From the IMG/VR virus record IMGVR_UViG_3300009785_000018: a DNA stretch of 64,000 bases, one strand, 5' to 3'. The stretch comes from an uncultured virus (IMG/VR IMGVR_UViG_3300009785_000018) (taxonomy: Duplodnaviria; Heunggongvirae; Uroviricota; Caudoviricetes). Below are positions 9,087 to 16,892 of the stretch, in pieces. The position numbers and the translations under genes were made by a program. The notes under the pieces were generated by a model. The model was not told the origin of the DNA, did no database searches, and worked only from the letters and a program-made list of their open reading frames with translations. Each line of letters begins with the position of its first letter. Position 1 is the first letter of the stretch.

Positions 9087-9668
9087 TTAATGATATTCTC
9101 CTTCAGGATATTCCTTTGAATAAACGACGACTTCAGTATATTCGTCGTCGTCTTCATCTCTTTCAACGAATTCAATTTTATAATCTTCTACCTCCCCATT
9201 ATCATATTTACCTGCGAACATCCAACCTTCATCCTTGAATTCAGCTTCGACATCCAAGCCACGCTCAACTAGCTTATCAAAAATAGGAATAACAGGACTC
9301 CAAGCGGTATCAAAATACATATAGAGTTCAGTATCGCTTGAGTCAGTTACCTCTATTTCGCCTACTTCCCATTTAGTTCCCCAGTTGTTAATGTTCCAAT
9401 CATACCACCTATCATCATTCCTTCCAGTAGCTGGAAACTTGCTAAACATAAAAGTGATGTTGCCATCTGCATCCCTAGCAGGATCAGGAACAGGCAACTC
9501 CCCATCTTCGTTGGGTGTCTTATCCCAATTAGGAGATGGAATAATTGTTTCAAAGAATCCCATTGAGTCTTCTTTGCGATCATTATGTTTTTGAATTAAA
9601 TCAGATACCCATTTGATATCTTTCGCGGTTCCTCTTATAATTATATCTGTGTGACACCAGTTTGGCAT
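9087..9668 (-). CDS. DUF1281/YubB (Api92-like) family protein
   Basis: MPNWC...WYDWNINNWGTKW...FDTAWSP motifs. Confidence 0.8.
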   Translation of the reverse strand: MPNWCHTDIIIRGTAKDIKWVSDLIQKHNDRKEDSMGFFETIIPSPNWDKTPNEDGELPVPDPARDADGNITFMFSKFPATGRNDDRWYDWNINNWGTKWEVGEIEVTDSSDTELYMYFDTAWSPVIPIFDKLVERGLDVEAEFKDEGWMFAGKYDNGEVEDYKIEFVERDEDDDEYTEVVVYSKEYPEGEYH

Positions 9669-9727
9669 AGTTTTCCTTTGGTTGAGTTAATAATGTTTAG
9701 TCCATACTGTGGACTTTCTAGCGTTTG

Positions 9728-10129
9728 TCAAGCTTTTTTTGACACTCTTACAATTAGTTGGATTCGATGGCAACGATCTTCAGTCCAGTCGTGAATCTCT
9801 CCACCTCTTACGGCGAGTATGTGACCTCTGACGAAGACTAGGAACACTCCCCTTGATGGGATCAAAGCCTTGAGACCTCTGATGGTCTTAGCCTTGTTCA
9901 TCTTATGATTCTCCAACTGAGTGCAGTCGAACCCCTTCGATTTGATCGCAGGGTAGGTGACATTGAGAGAGTTTGTTCTCCCACGAGGACGTCTGCCAAA
10001 TTTTTTGGCTAGGCTCCAAGCTTCTTTATACTTGATGTTGCAAACGATTGCTATGGCCTTTACGGCACAGTCGTTGTATTCGTTGAGTGCATTGGACTCT
10101 TTGGCTAGTTTTTGATATAGTTTAGTCAT
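9728..10129 (-). CDS. putative papain-like (Cys-His) peptidase
   Basis: NDCAVKAIA...GHILAV...D; start revised to ATG 10129. Confidence 0.55.
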   Translation of the reverse strand: MTKLYQKLAKESNALNEYNDCAVKAIAIVCNIKYKEAWSLAKKFGRRPRGRTNSLNVTYPAIKSKGFDCTQLENHKMNKAKTIRGLKALIPSRGVFLVFVRGHILAVRGGEIHDWTEDRCHRIQLIVRVSKKA

Positions 10130-10163
10130 GGTGCTTATCAGTATGCACACCATAATTCTTTTG

Positions 10164-10418
10164 TCAAGCCTTTTTTAAAAAATTAAGTAAATAAGATTTA
10201 AATTGTCCAACATCCATTTCCATACCTGCGTTGCCACGCAAGCCATCTGGATTTTCAGCAATCTGAATATAGGTGTTATAAAATTTAAATTTAAATTCTA
10301 GGCCGTTCAGATTTACAAAAGCAAATACCCACGAATCCTTATTATTAAGTCTTATTTTATTTAATTTTTTTACGGCCTCATCGACGGCAGAGCAGGTAAT
10401 TTCAGTTATTTCATTCAT
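10164..10418 (-). CDS. hypothetical protein
   Basis: 84-aa ORF. Confidence 0.7.
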   Translation of the reverse strand: MNEITEITCSAVDEAVKKLNKIRLNNKDSWVFAFVNLNGLEFKFKFYNTYIQIAENPDGLRGNAGMEMDVGQFKSYLLNFLKKA

Positions 10419-10443
10419 AAGTATATTATTTAATAAAAAAAAA

Positions 10444-10472
10444 CCGATTTTCTCACCACAAAGGATTATCGG
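10444..10472 (-). terminator. conserved 29-nt hairpin, copy 2; possible intrinsic terminator
   Basis: CCGAT-AATC-CTTT-GTGGT-GAGA-AA-ATCGG followed by a long T run. Confidence 0.55.
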
Positions 10473-10499
10473 GAACCTAGACTACACCAAAAGTATAGA

Positions 10500-10682
10500 T
10501 TAAAATTTAACAACGCTTTCTTGAGCGACCTCGACTTCATAGCCTAAACCTTTGATAACTTTGATATCATCGAATGTCAAGGTTTTTCTGCCAGTTAGTT
10601 TTATAAACAGTTCAGAATTGTCGCAGTTAGGATAAAAGTAGTAAGTCCCGTAGTGTTGTTTTTGTGTGATTGTGATTTTCAT
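10500..10682 (-). CDS. conserved phage hypothetical protein
   Basis: YG...YP...LTGRKTLT...IKGLGY motif; TTGACA-N16-CATAGT-7 nt-ATG. Confidence 0.75.
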   Translation of the reverse strand: MKITITQKQHYGTYYFYPNCDNSELFIKLTGRKTLTFDDIKVIKGLGYEVEVAQESVVKF

Positions 10683-10739
10683 AGCGATAACTATGTATCT
10701 TTAATTACATCTGTCAATACTTTTCTAAAAAAATATGAT

Positions 10740-10966
10740 CAATGGATGCCTCCTTTTTTTCTTGGGGTTGATCACCTCCCTCAGACTGCCGTCTTCTCTT
10801 TTTGTGTTTCCAAGGCTCGTCAGCCTAGGCGAGGTAATTACCTCCTATTTATTTGCCCTTTTTGTTTGGGCTTCTGCAGAAAAATAAGGCATTATTTCCG
10901 AGTTATTATCAATTGACCGCCTCAAGCCAAGACTCTAAGACTGATATTAATTAATATTAATCAATC
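10740..10966 (-). ncRNA. putative structured ncRNA (~225 nt) with multiple SD-like boxes
   Basis: Own promoter, no substantial minus-strand ORF, long-range stems (TCTTGG/CCAAGA, CTCGGA/TCTGAG, TGCC/GGCA) and three local hairpins. Confidence 0.6.
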
Positions 10967-10971
10967 CAAAC

Positions 10972-11000
10972 AAGCTACTCTTTAAGATGTTATTTGTCAA
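10972..11000 (-). promoter_or_regulatory. sigma70-type promoter for the putative ncRNA
   Basis: TTGACA(11000-10995)-17 nt-TAGCTT(10977-10972), not followed by ATG. Confidence 0.65.
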
Positions 11001-11222
11001 GAATGAAGTTCACATCTTCTAAATAATTTAATTAACAAAATTATTTTCTCATACATGATTCCATCCATTCAAGACAAATAGTATAATATAAAACCTAACA
11101 CACCCTTATCACATATTTGCACATGCTTCTATCTCGATTGAGTTGGGCTTTACCACGAGGCATCCGAAAATGTTACCCTCGCGAATAGTATTTTATATTA
11201 TTTGCAAAATTGCAAAGAACGA

Positions 11223-11423
11223 TTACGACTTTTTGGTCGGCTTTTTTGTGGTCTTTTTCGCGGGCTTTTGAGCTTTAGTTTTAAGTTCAGCAATTTCTGC
11301 TTGAGCTTTTTCATAAAGTTCAGCCACATCTTCAACTGCGCGGTTAACTTTTGTTGCGTTGTTACGAGCAACTAAGATACCTGCAATAAAGCCTGCGAGG
11401 ATTAGTAAGATTTCTATGATCAT
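11223..11423 (-). CDS. small membrane-anchored coiled-coil protein with Lys-rich tail
   Basis: N-terminal TM helix, coiled coil, KPAKKTTKKPTKKS. Confidence 0.75.
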   Translation of the reverse strand: MIIEILLILAGFIAGILVARNNATKVNRAVEDVAELYEKAQAEIAELKTKAQKPAKKTTKKPTKKS

Positions 11424-11425
11424 GG

Positions 11426-11560
11426 TTATTCTGCGATTACTGCGGAGCCACCACCGATTACACCTAATAGGTTTAATACGACTAGTGCGACTACGAGTCC
11501 GATTACTGTTTTCTTTTTATTGGCTTTCACCCAGTTGATTGCTGTTGTTACATATTTCAT
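11426..11560 (-). CDS. small membrane protein (44 aa, not in ORF track)
   Basis: MKYVTTAINWVKANKKKTVIGLVVALVVLNLLGVIGGGSAVIAE*. Confidence 0.7.
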   Translation of the reverse strand: MKYVTTAINWVKANKKKTVIGLVVALVVLNLLGVIGGGSAVIAE

Positions 11561-11630
11561 AATATATTTTTTTTTACTTGTGAACTACTATTTACACATA
11601 ATACGGATTTTATTGAAGTTGTCAACTATT

Positions 11631-11948
11631 TTATTCAAAAACTTCAATTATTTGGTCTATTTCCCCAGAATACTTATCATCCTCGAAGTAGAAGTTAATA
11701 AACTCATATAGGTCTTTCCTCTCCCATTCACCGTAGTTATCTATAATATCTTTGGCTACTTCGGCATATCCGTAGTTCCAGTTCCAGAATTCACATGATT
11801 TGTAAAAGCCTTCCCACCTACTCTTAACACTTGAGTATGCATCGTTTTCATCGCGACTTAAAACAAGGATACCATCCTCATTGGGCTTTGCCTCGACTGC
11901 TTTAAGGCATTTATTTCTAATAAAGCTTTTTACTTTTTCTGCATTCAT
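11631..11948 (-). CDS. hypothetical early protein
   Basis: 105 aa; TTGACA-N16-CATTAT-7 nt-ATG. Confidence 0.75.
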   Translation of the reverse strand: MNAEKVKSFIRNKCLKAVEAKPNEDGILVLSRDENDAYSSVKSRWEGFYKSCEFWNWNYGYAEVAKDIIDNYGEWERKDLYEFINFYFEDDKYSGEIDQIIEVFE

Positions 11949-12001
11949 GTTATCTATAATGTTGAAGATTGTGGTTGTGTCAAGATCTTTTTAAAAAAAA
12001 A

Positions 12002-12078
12002 TGGCACCCCTACACGGATTCGAACCGTGGTTGACGCGATGAAAACGCGGTGTCCTAACCAGACTAGACGATAGGGGC
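12002..12078 (-). tRNA. tRNA-Glu(UUC)
   Basis: Cloverleaf GCCCCTA...loop TTTTCAT...GGTTCGAATCC...TAGGGGTGCCA. Confidence 0.9.
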
Positions 12079-12084
12079 TAAGTA

Positions 12085-12160
12085 TGGTACATCCTCTGGG
12101 ACTTGAACCCAGAACCAATTGATTAAAAGTCAACTGCTCTACCGATTGAGCTAAGGATGC
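12085..12160 (-). tRNA. tRNA-Lys(UUU)
   Basis: GCATCCTTAGCTCAATCGGTAGAGC...GTTGA-CTTTTAA-TCAAT...GGTTCAAGTCC...ACCA. Confidence 0.95.
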
Positions 12161-12342
12161 GTAAATTTTAATTTATATTATTAGTCTTTGAAAGCTATCA
12201 TAGTATTTGTTAAACAAATCTTGTGCTCTGTCTGTATAATGCTCTGTGCCATCTGTTTCCGTCCATCTTGAATCGCCCATTCTTTGTGCGACTTTGGCAT
12301 CTGCATATTCAATTGCTTCTTCAATCTTTTTTGACTCTTTGT

Positions 12343-12795
12343 TCATAAATGTATTTTTACTTTTTTCCAGTATATTTCAAGATTTTTCTGCTTCTGGTCG
12401 TTTTGAGGGTTATTTACTCGTTTCCAAGCTGAGCCACCACCATTCCATATAAAAGCTAAATGCTTTGCGTTAGGTTTGTCAATACCTTTCATATAATGAT
12501 TAAAGATTGCGGATGCAATGATATAAGCCATTGCCCTGTCGTATGCAACATCGTGTGACAAATCTTCTCCAGTAATCCGATTGTAGTCGGCAATCATAAT
12601 TGGTCGTATTTGCAAGCAACCAATAGCATTTTCTTTTGTATTTATAGCATAAGGTTTACAATTTGACTCAACATTCTCTATGGCATAAATAACATCTGTT
12701 ATTGTTGCGCCTTGCAACGAGCCTGCAACGATGGTAAAAATTATAAATACTATTACTACTAAGAAGGCGGAGAGAGGTGTGGTTAATTTATTCAT
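12343..12795 (-). CDS. lysozyme-like/lytic transglycosylase with N-terminal TM or signal segment
   Basis: AIENVES...AIGCLQI...WNGG motifs; hydrophobic N-terminus. Confidence 0.75.
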   Translation of the reverse strand: MNKLTTPLSAFLVVIVFIIFTIVAGSLQGATITDVIYAIENVESNCKPYAINTKENAIGCLQIRPIMIADYNRITGEDLSHDVAYDRAMAYIIASAIFNHYMKGIDKPNAKHLAFIWNGGGSAWKRVNNPQNDQKQKNLEIYWKKVKIHL

Positions 12796-12832
12796 ACCTA
12801 CAGTATGTTGGGTTTAACCCCATTGTCAACCA

Positions 12833-13378
12833 TTAAATTGATGTTTCAATAATTTTTTCTATCGAGTAATCATACCAATGAGGCTTGTTGGCTTTCCAGT
12901 TTGCCAGATGTGCCTTATCAATCTTATAATATAATCTATATTTCGTTACTGGATGAAGGTCTTCAAAGCTATTTATTTTGCGACATTCTGAGTCTTCTGA
13001 TATAGCAACTGCAAAATCTTCCATGTTTCCCTCTGGGATATAATCAATCAAAGAAAAGAGTCTGGTAATAACACCCTCACAAAAATGAGTCTTGTTATAG
13101 CGTCTTGTGTATTCTTTGGCTAACGAAATGCCATGATGACACAACCATTCGAAATTTCCTTTAGTATTTCCCGCCCAAATAGAGCTAGGATGATGATGGT
13201 AACCACCTTTTACTGGTGTGCCCTTCTTACTTAGTGGTAATAACTCGGTTGGAGTCTCATGCCGTATGACAGCACAAGATAAACATTGCATGATTTCTGT
13301 AACCATTTTGACGCAATGCTTGTCGTTGTGCCATTTTGCGGCGACTTCATGGTCGGTTGATAGAGCGAATATATTCAT
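12833..13378 (-). CDS. pyrimidine-dimer DNA glycosylase (DenV/Pyr_excise-like)
   Basis: MNIF...DKHCVKM..E..Q.L...HHPSSIW...EY..RY.K.H. Confidence 0.75.
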   Translation of the reverse strand: MNIFALSTDHEVAAKWHNDKHCVKMVTEIMQCLSCAVIRHETPTELLPLSKKGTPVKGGYHHHPSSIWAGNTKGNFEWLCHHGISLAKEYTRRYNKTHFCEGVITRLFSLIDYIPEGNMEDFAVAISEDSECRKINSFEDLHPVTKYRLYYKIDKAHLANWKANKPHWYDYSIEKIIETSI

Positions 13379-13666
13379 GTGATCATTTTGCTATTCTTAT
13401 TTACCGCTGTCAAGACTAATTTTCAAAAGAATCACAATACCCGAAGGATTCAATGTCGTTTTCATGCTTTAATTGAATTACCCTCTTTTCAAGACCCTCA
13501 ATTAATTCATCTACAGTAACCTCCTCTTCTTCGTTATTTGACTCGATAGAAAAGGCTACGTCATACATATGGTTATATTTCATAAGTTTATTATTTACAT
13601 ATATTTAGGTTTGTCAAGGCTAATCCCCGAAGATGAATAACATAATTATTACAAGGATTAATATTG

Positions 13667-13894
13667 TCATAGAAACTCGAAGTAAGGAAAAATCCCATTT
13701 CCGCGCCGTGTAAAGCAGTTTAATTGATTTTCTGATTTAAAACCTAGAGTCAGGTCATCATCAGTATTTAATTTAATTTTATTTTTTTTGCAATATTTCT
13801 CGATCCATTCTTTTAAAGATAGACCATTATATTGTAACATCCGTTCAGATTCTCGATCCAAATAGTTTTCACTTATTTTTAATTTATATTTCAT
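13667..13894 (-). CDS. hypothetical protein
   Basis: 75-aa ORF coupled to the upstream gene. Confidence 0.65.
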   Translation of the reverse strand: MKYKLKISENYLDRESERMLQYNGLSLKEWIEKYCKKNKIKLNTDDDLTLGFKSENQLNCFTRRGNGIFPYFEFL

Positions 13895-14610
13895 TATACT
13901 TTTACTACAAATCCACTTTCATCTTTAATTCCGTCGCCTTTTGCACGTAAGCCAACAATAACGTTTTTGTCATCTAAAAATCTTAAATCAGATTTGTCTC
14001 CATCCACAACCTTAAAGCCTTTCCAGTCAGTCGGCAACTCTTTCTTCTTTTTAGTTGCAAATACTACGGCCACGTTGCCGCCAGCCTGTAAAACTTCCAT
14101 GCAATCATCATGATTTGTCTCGCTGCGTGAGAAAGTAAGAGAATAATTTTTTGGCATGTCTCCCTTAAGATAAGTCATCATTCTTCTTTTAGACTTGGTA
14201 TAATCATAAAAAGTAATATCTTCGAACTTGTCAAAAATCCCGAATTTTTCAAACGGTAAATCACTGGTGCCGTTTAATCTAACTGCAAAGCTGTACTCCA
14301 TCTTCTTTACATAGCTAAACATCTTTACGATAGCAGAGCTAATATCGGCCAGAAATGCATCTTTTTCCTTGAAAAAGCGTTGAGTTTTAGCAATACGGGC
14401 CTTGCGAACACTGGACATTCTAGCACGTCCCGCTGTAAAGAGGCAAGAAGAGGCACAACCCGCTGAGGCATTTGGGCAAACGTTACCAAATCCCGCTTCT
14501 TTTACGGGAGCTAGATAAAGTATACCTGTAGCATAACCTAATAGTTGACCTTTTACAGTTTTGGCGTCTGCACCTAGAGATAGTGGATATATGTTTTTTG
14601 GCTTAATCAT
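13894..14610 (-). CDS. Gp88-like (radical-SAM-like) phage protein
   Basis: CPNASAGCASSC, VRLNGTSD, FYDYTK, DGD.SDLRFLD; start revised to ATG 14610 after TTGACT-N16-CATGAT. Confidence 0.7.
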   Translation of the reverse strand: MIKPKNIYPLSLGADAKTVKGQLLGYATGILYLAPVKEAGFGNVCPNASAGCASSCLFTAGRARMSSVRKARIAKTQRFFKEKDAFLADISSAIVKMFSYVKKMEYSFAVRLNGTSDLPFEKFGIFDKFEDITFYDYTKSKRRMMTYLKGDMPKNYSLTFSRSETNHDDCMEVLQAGGNVAVVFATKKKKELPTDWKGFKVVDGDKSDLRFLDDKNVIVGLRAKGDGIKDESGFVVKV

Positions 14611-14644
14611 GCCCACAATCATGCAGACTTGATCATCTAAGTCA

Positions 14645-15797
14645 AGAACTTTTTTAAAAAAAAATAAAAAAAAGAAATTAAATTATCTGCCTATATATAA
14701 TATGCTATATAATATACCCTGTATAATATATCTTTTCTTATATACGCCCGCGCTTTTATTTGGCCAGATAAACCCTTTATTTTATAATATTTTTTTTTAT
14801 CGTGTCAAGAAAAAATTTTTTTATTTTATTTTTTTTTATTTTTTACATTGTCAAGAATATTTTATTTTTTTATATGCACATTTATTTGAGCAGAAAAAAA
14901 CTTTTTTTTATATTATTTATTTAAATTTTTTTTTTATTTTTTTATTATTTAATCCAATAAAAACTTTTTTTTATATTATTTTTTTATATTTATTTGGGAA
15001 AATAAAAACTTTTTTTTCGGAATTTACTGGTAGCTCCACTGAGATTCGAACTCAGATCTAAACATTAGAAGTGTCTTGTTCTATCCCTTGAACTATGGAA
15101 CCTTACTAATAAAGCATTTATTTGCGCGTTTAAAAACTTTTATTTATTTATTTATTTATTTATTTAAAAAACTTTTTTTATTTTTTTTATTTAAAAATAT
15201 TTTTTTATTTTTTTTATTTAAAAATATTTTTTTTATAAGAGGATTATATATATTTATTTATTTAAAAAACTTTTTTTATTTATATTTTTTTTTATTTATT
15301 TAGGAATAAAAAACTTTTATTTAGTCATGTCAAGACTATTCCGCTTATAACAGATACTTATTTATCAATATAAAAACCTATATTATGTCCGATATAACAC
15401 AAAAAAGCATTATTTATAGTATTATTTAAGGTATTTCTAAAAAAAATCCATTTATTTAAGAAATATAAACTGGATAATCCCCTACAAGACAAGAAACAGG
15501 GTTTTAGTTCTATTATTTCTTTATTTATCCTATGTATATTCCTTAATGTTATTTCTTTATATAGTATCCTTATATATTATATCTTATTATGCTATTTTAC
15601 TGAGGTAAAAGGTTATATTTGTATATAAAGCCCTACAAGGCTTTAGACCTTGAAAGTCTAGTTATACCCCTAGTTTATTTGGTGTATTATTTATAGCTAA
15701 CTATAGCCTACTTAAAACAGCTTTTAAATCTAAATTCTTCCTTTTATTACCAATATATTTTTAGATATTTAATATAAGGTGTCTGTTATTATTTAGT
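14645..15797. repeat. extremely AT-rich non-coding tract with AAAAACTTTT repeats
   Basis: About 7 copies of (T)AAAAACTTTT between 14895 and 15320, plus a tandem TTTTTTATTTTTTTTATTTAAAAATA duplication; T-skewed on + strand. Confidence 0.75.
15028..15102 (-). tRNA. tRNA-Arg(UCU)
   Basis: GGTTCCATAGTTCAAGGGATAGAAC...AGACA-CTTCTAA-TGTTT...GAGTTCGAATCTC...GCTACCA. Confidence 0.9.
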
Positions 15798-16028
15798 TTA
15801 ACCTTTACTAGAGGAAATACAAATAAATTCAGAAGCTAAATCGTCAATCATTTCAAGAACATCGAACGGATCCCACATCTCAAATGGTTGCCAAACGTTT
15901 TCATTAATGAACTGTATCGTCTCATCTTCGGTCAAATTCTCAAAATCTTCTGGGAGTTCGTCCGTCAAGTAAAATTTTGATGCTCTAATATATGCTTGTG
16001 TTTTATTCATCTTCATTGTTTTCCTCAT
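15798..16028 (-). CDS. hypothetical protein
   Basis: 76-aa ORF (WQPFEMW). Confidence 0.7.
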   Translation of the reverse strand: MRKTMKMNKTQAYIRASKFYLTDELPEDFENLTEDETIQFINENVWQPFEMWDPFDVLEMIDDLASEFICISSSKG

Positions 16029-16236
16029 CTTTAGTGAAAATTTTCTTTTTTAATTTACCCTTATTTAGAATAAGTTTCTTCATGTTGTCAACATCTTTAT
16101 CTTGAACCCCAAAGATTTTTTTATATTCTTCTGGATCAGTTACAGTATCAAGCATTCCTAATACTCTACGAGCGTTATCTATTTCTGTTGTTTGAGTTGG
16201 TTTAGCCATTTCTTTATAATGAGTGGTAAATTGCAA
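16003..16236 (-). CDS. hypothetical protein
   Basis: 77-aa ORF; start may be MAKPTQ. Confidence 0.6.
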   Translation of the reverse strand: MQFTTHYKEMAKPTQTTEIDNARRVLGMLDTVTDPEEYKKIFGVQDKDVDNMKKLILNKGKLKKKIFTKDEENNEDE

Positions 16237-16245
16237 AAGTCAACA

Positions 16246-16476
16246 CTAAATGTCGGCATCAAATAAAGATTCTAATTCTTCAGCATCTTCTATCCATTCC
16301 TGTTCTTCAGTCCCTTCTTCATTGTAAATGCGTTCTGCTTCAGCTTTAGCATCTTCTTGAGAGGAAGCTTTTATATCAATATAACGAGTTATTGTAGAGA
16401 TTACGCCTACGCGATATACGCCTTCTTCGGTAGGTTGGGCTAAATTAGTATAATTTCCTTTGTATGTCTCACTCAT
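16246..16476 (-). CDS. DpnD/PcfM-like small protein
   Basis: YRVGVISTITRYIDIKASSQEDAKAEAERIY. Confidence 0.65.
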   Translation of the reverse strand: MSETYKGNYTNLAQPTEEGVYRVGVISTITRYIDIKASSQEDAKAEAERIYNEEGTEEQEWIEDAEELESLFDADI

Positions 16477-16694
16477 TTTGATAATTGGTTATTTAGTTTT
16501 TTCAAACGCATTTCTAAGGCGTTATAAAGAGAATACAATGTATCTGCTTTATTCTGCATTGTCAATAATTCTTTTTGAGTATATTCACCTTCTGCCCCGC
16601 CTTCACAAATTAGCTCCGCTAATCCATCAGCTTCGTCTATTGTGTCATCCATCTTTTTGCGGATATAATTTTTATCGTTTAACTTAACTATCAT
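16473..16694 (-). CDS. hypothetical protein
   Basis: 73-aa ORF, overlapping start/stop. Confidence 0.65.
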   Translation of the reverse strand: MIVKLNDKNYIRKKMDDTIDEADGLAELICEGGAEGEYTQKELLTMQNKADTLYSLYNALEMRLKKLNNQLSK

Positions 16695-16884
16695 ATCTGT
16701 TCATTTGTTGGATTTCTATATCAGAAGTTTCTGAGTCTAAGATGTTAGCCACATCATAATAACCCTTGTTATAAAAGGTGTCAACTACTAATTGCTCGAC
16801 ATCTTCGTCATTATCTTGTTTTGGGACAGAAACAATCGATTGATAAGTTACTGTTTCTGTTACAGTTATTTTATAATCGGGCAT
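16684..16884 (-). CDS. DpnD/PcfM-like small protein
   Basis: MPDYKITVTETVTYQSIVSV... Confidence 0.6.
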   Translation of the reverse strand: MPDYKITVTETVTYQSIVSVPKQDNDEDVEQLVVDTFYNKGYYDVANILDSETSDIEIQQMNRYDS

Positions 16885-16892
16885 AATATTAA

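Noticed and set aside
10845..10892. 15-codon ORF in the ncRNA as the missing tmRNA tag-coding piece
   Set aside because: No hydrophobic/AA C-terminus, no obvious PK1 and no visible pairing to the TLD, so it cannot be supported
10653..10916. Plus-strand 87-aa ORF over the ncRNA
   Set aside because: Opposite to all neighbouring genes, GTG start, no promoter, atypical composition
14702..15303. Plus-strand Phe/Ile/Leu-rich ORFs
   Set aside because: Artefacts of the T-rich low-complexity tract; they overlap the tRNA-Arg gene on the other strand
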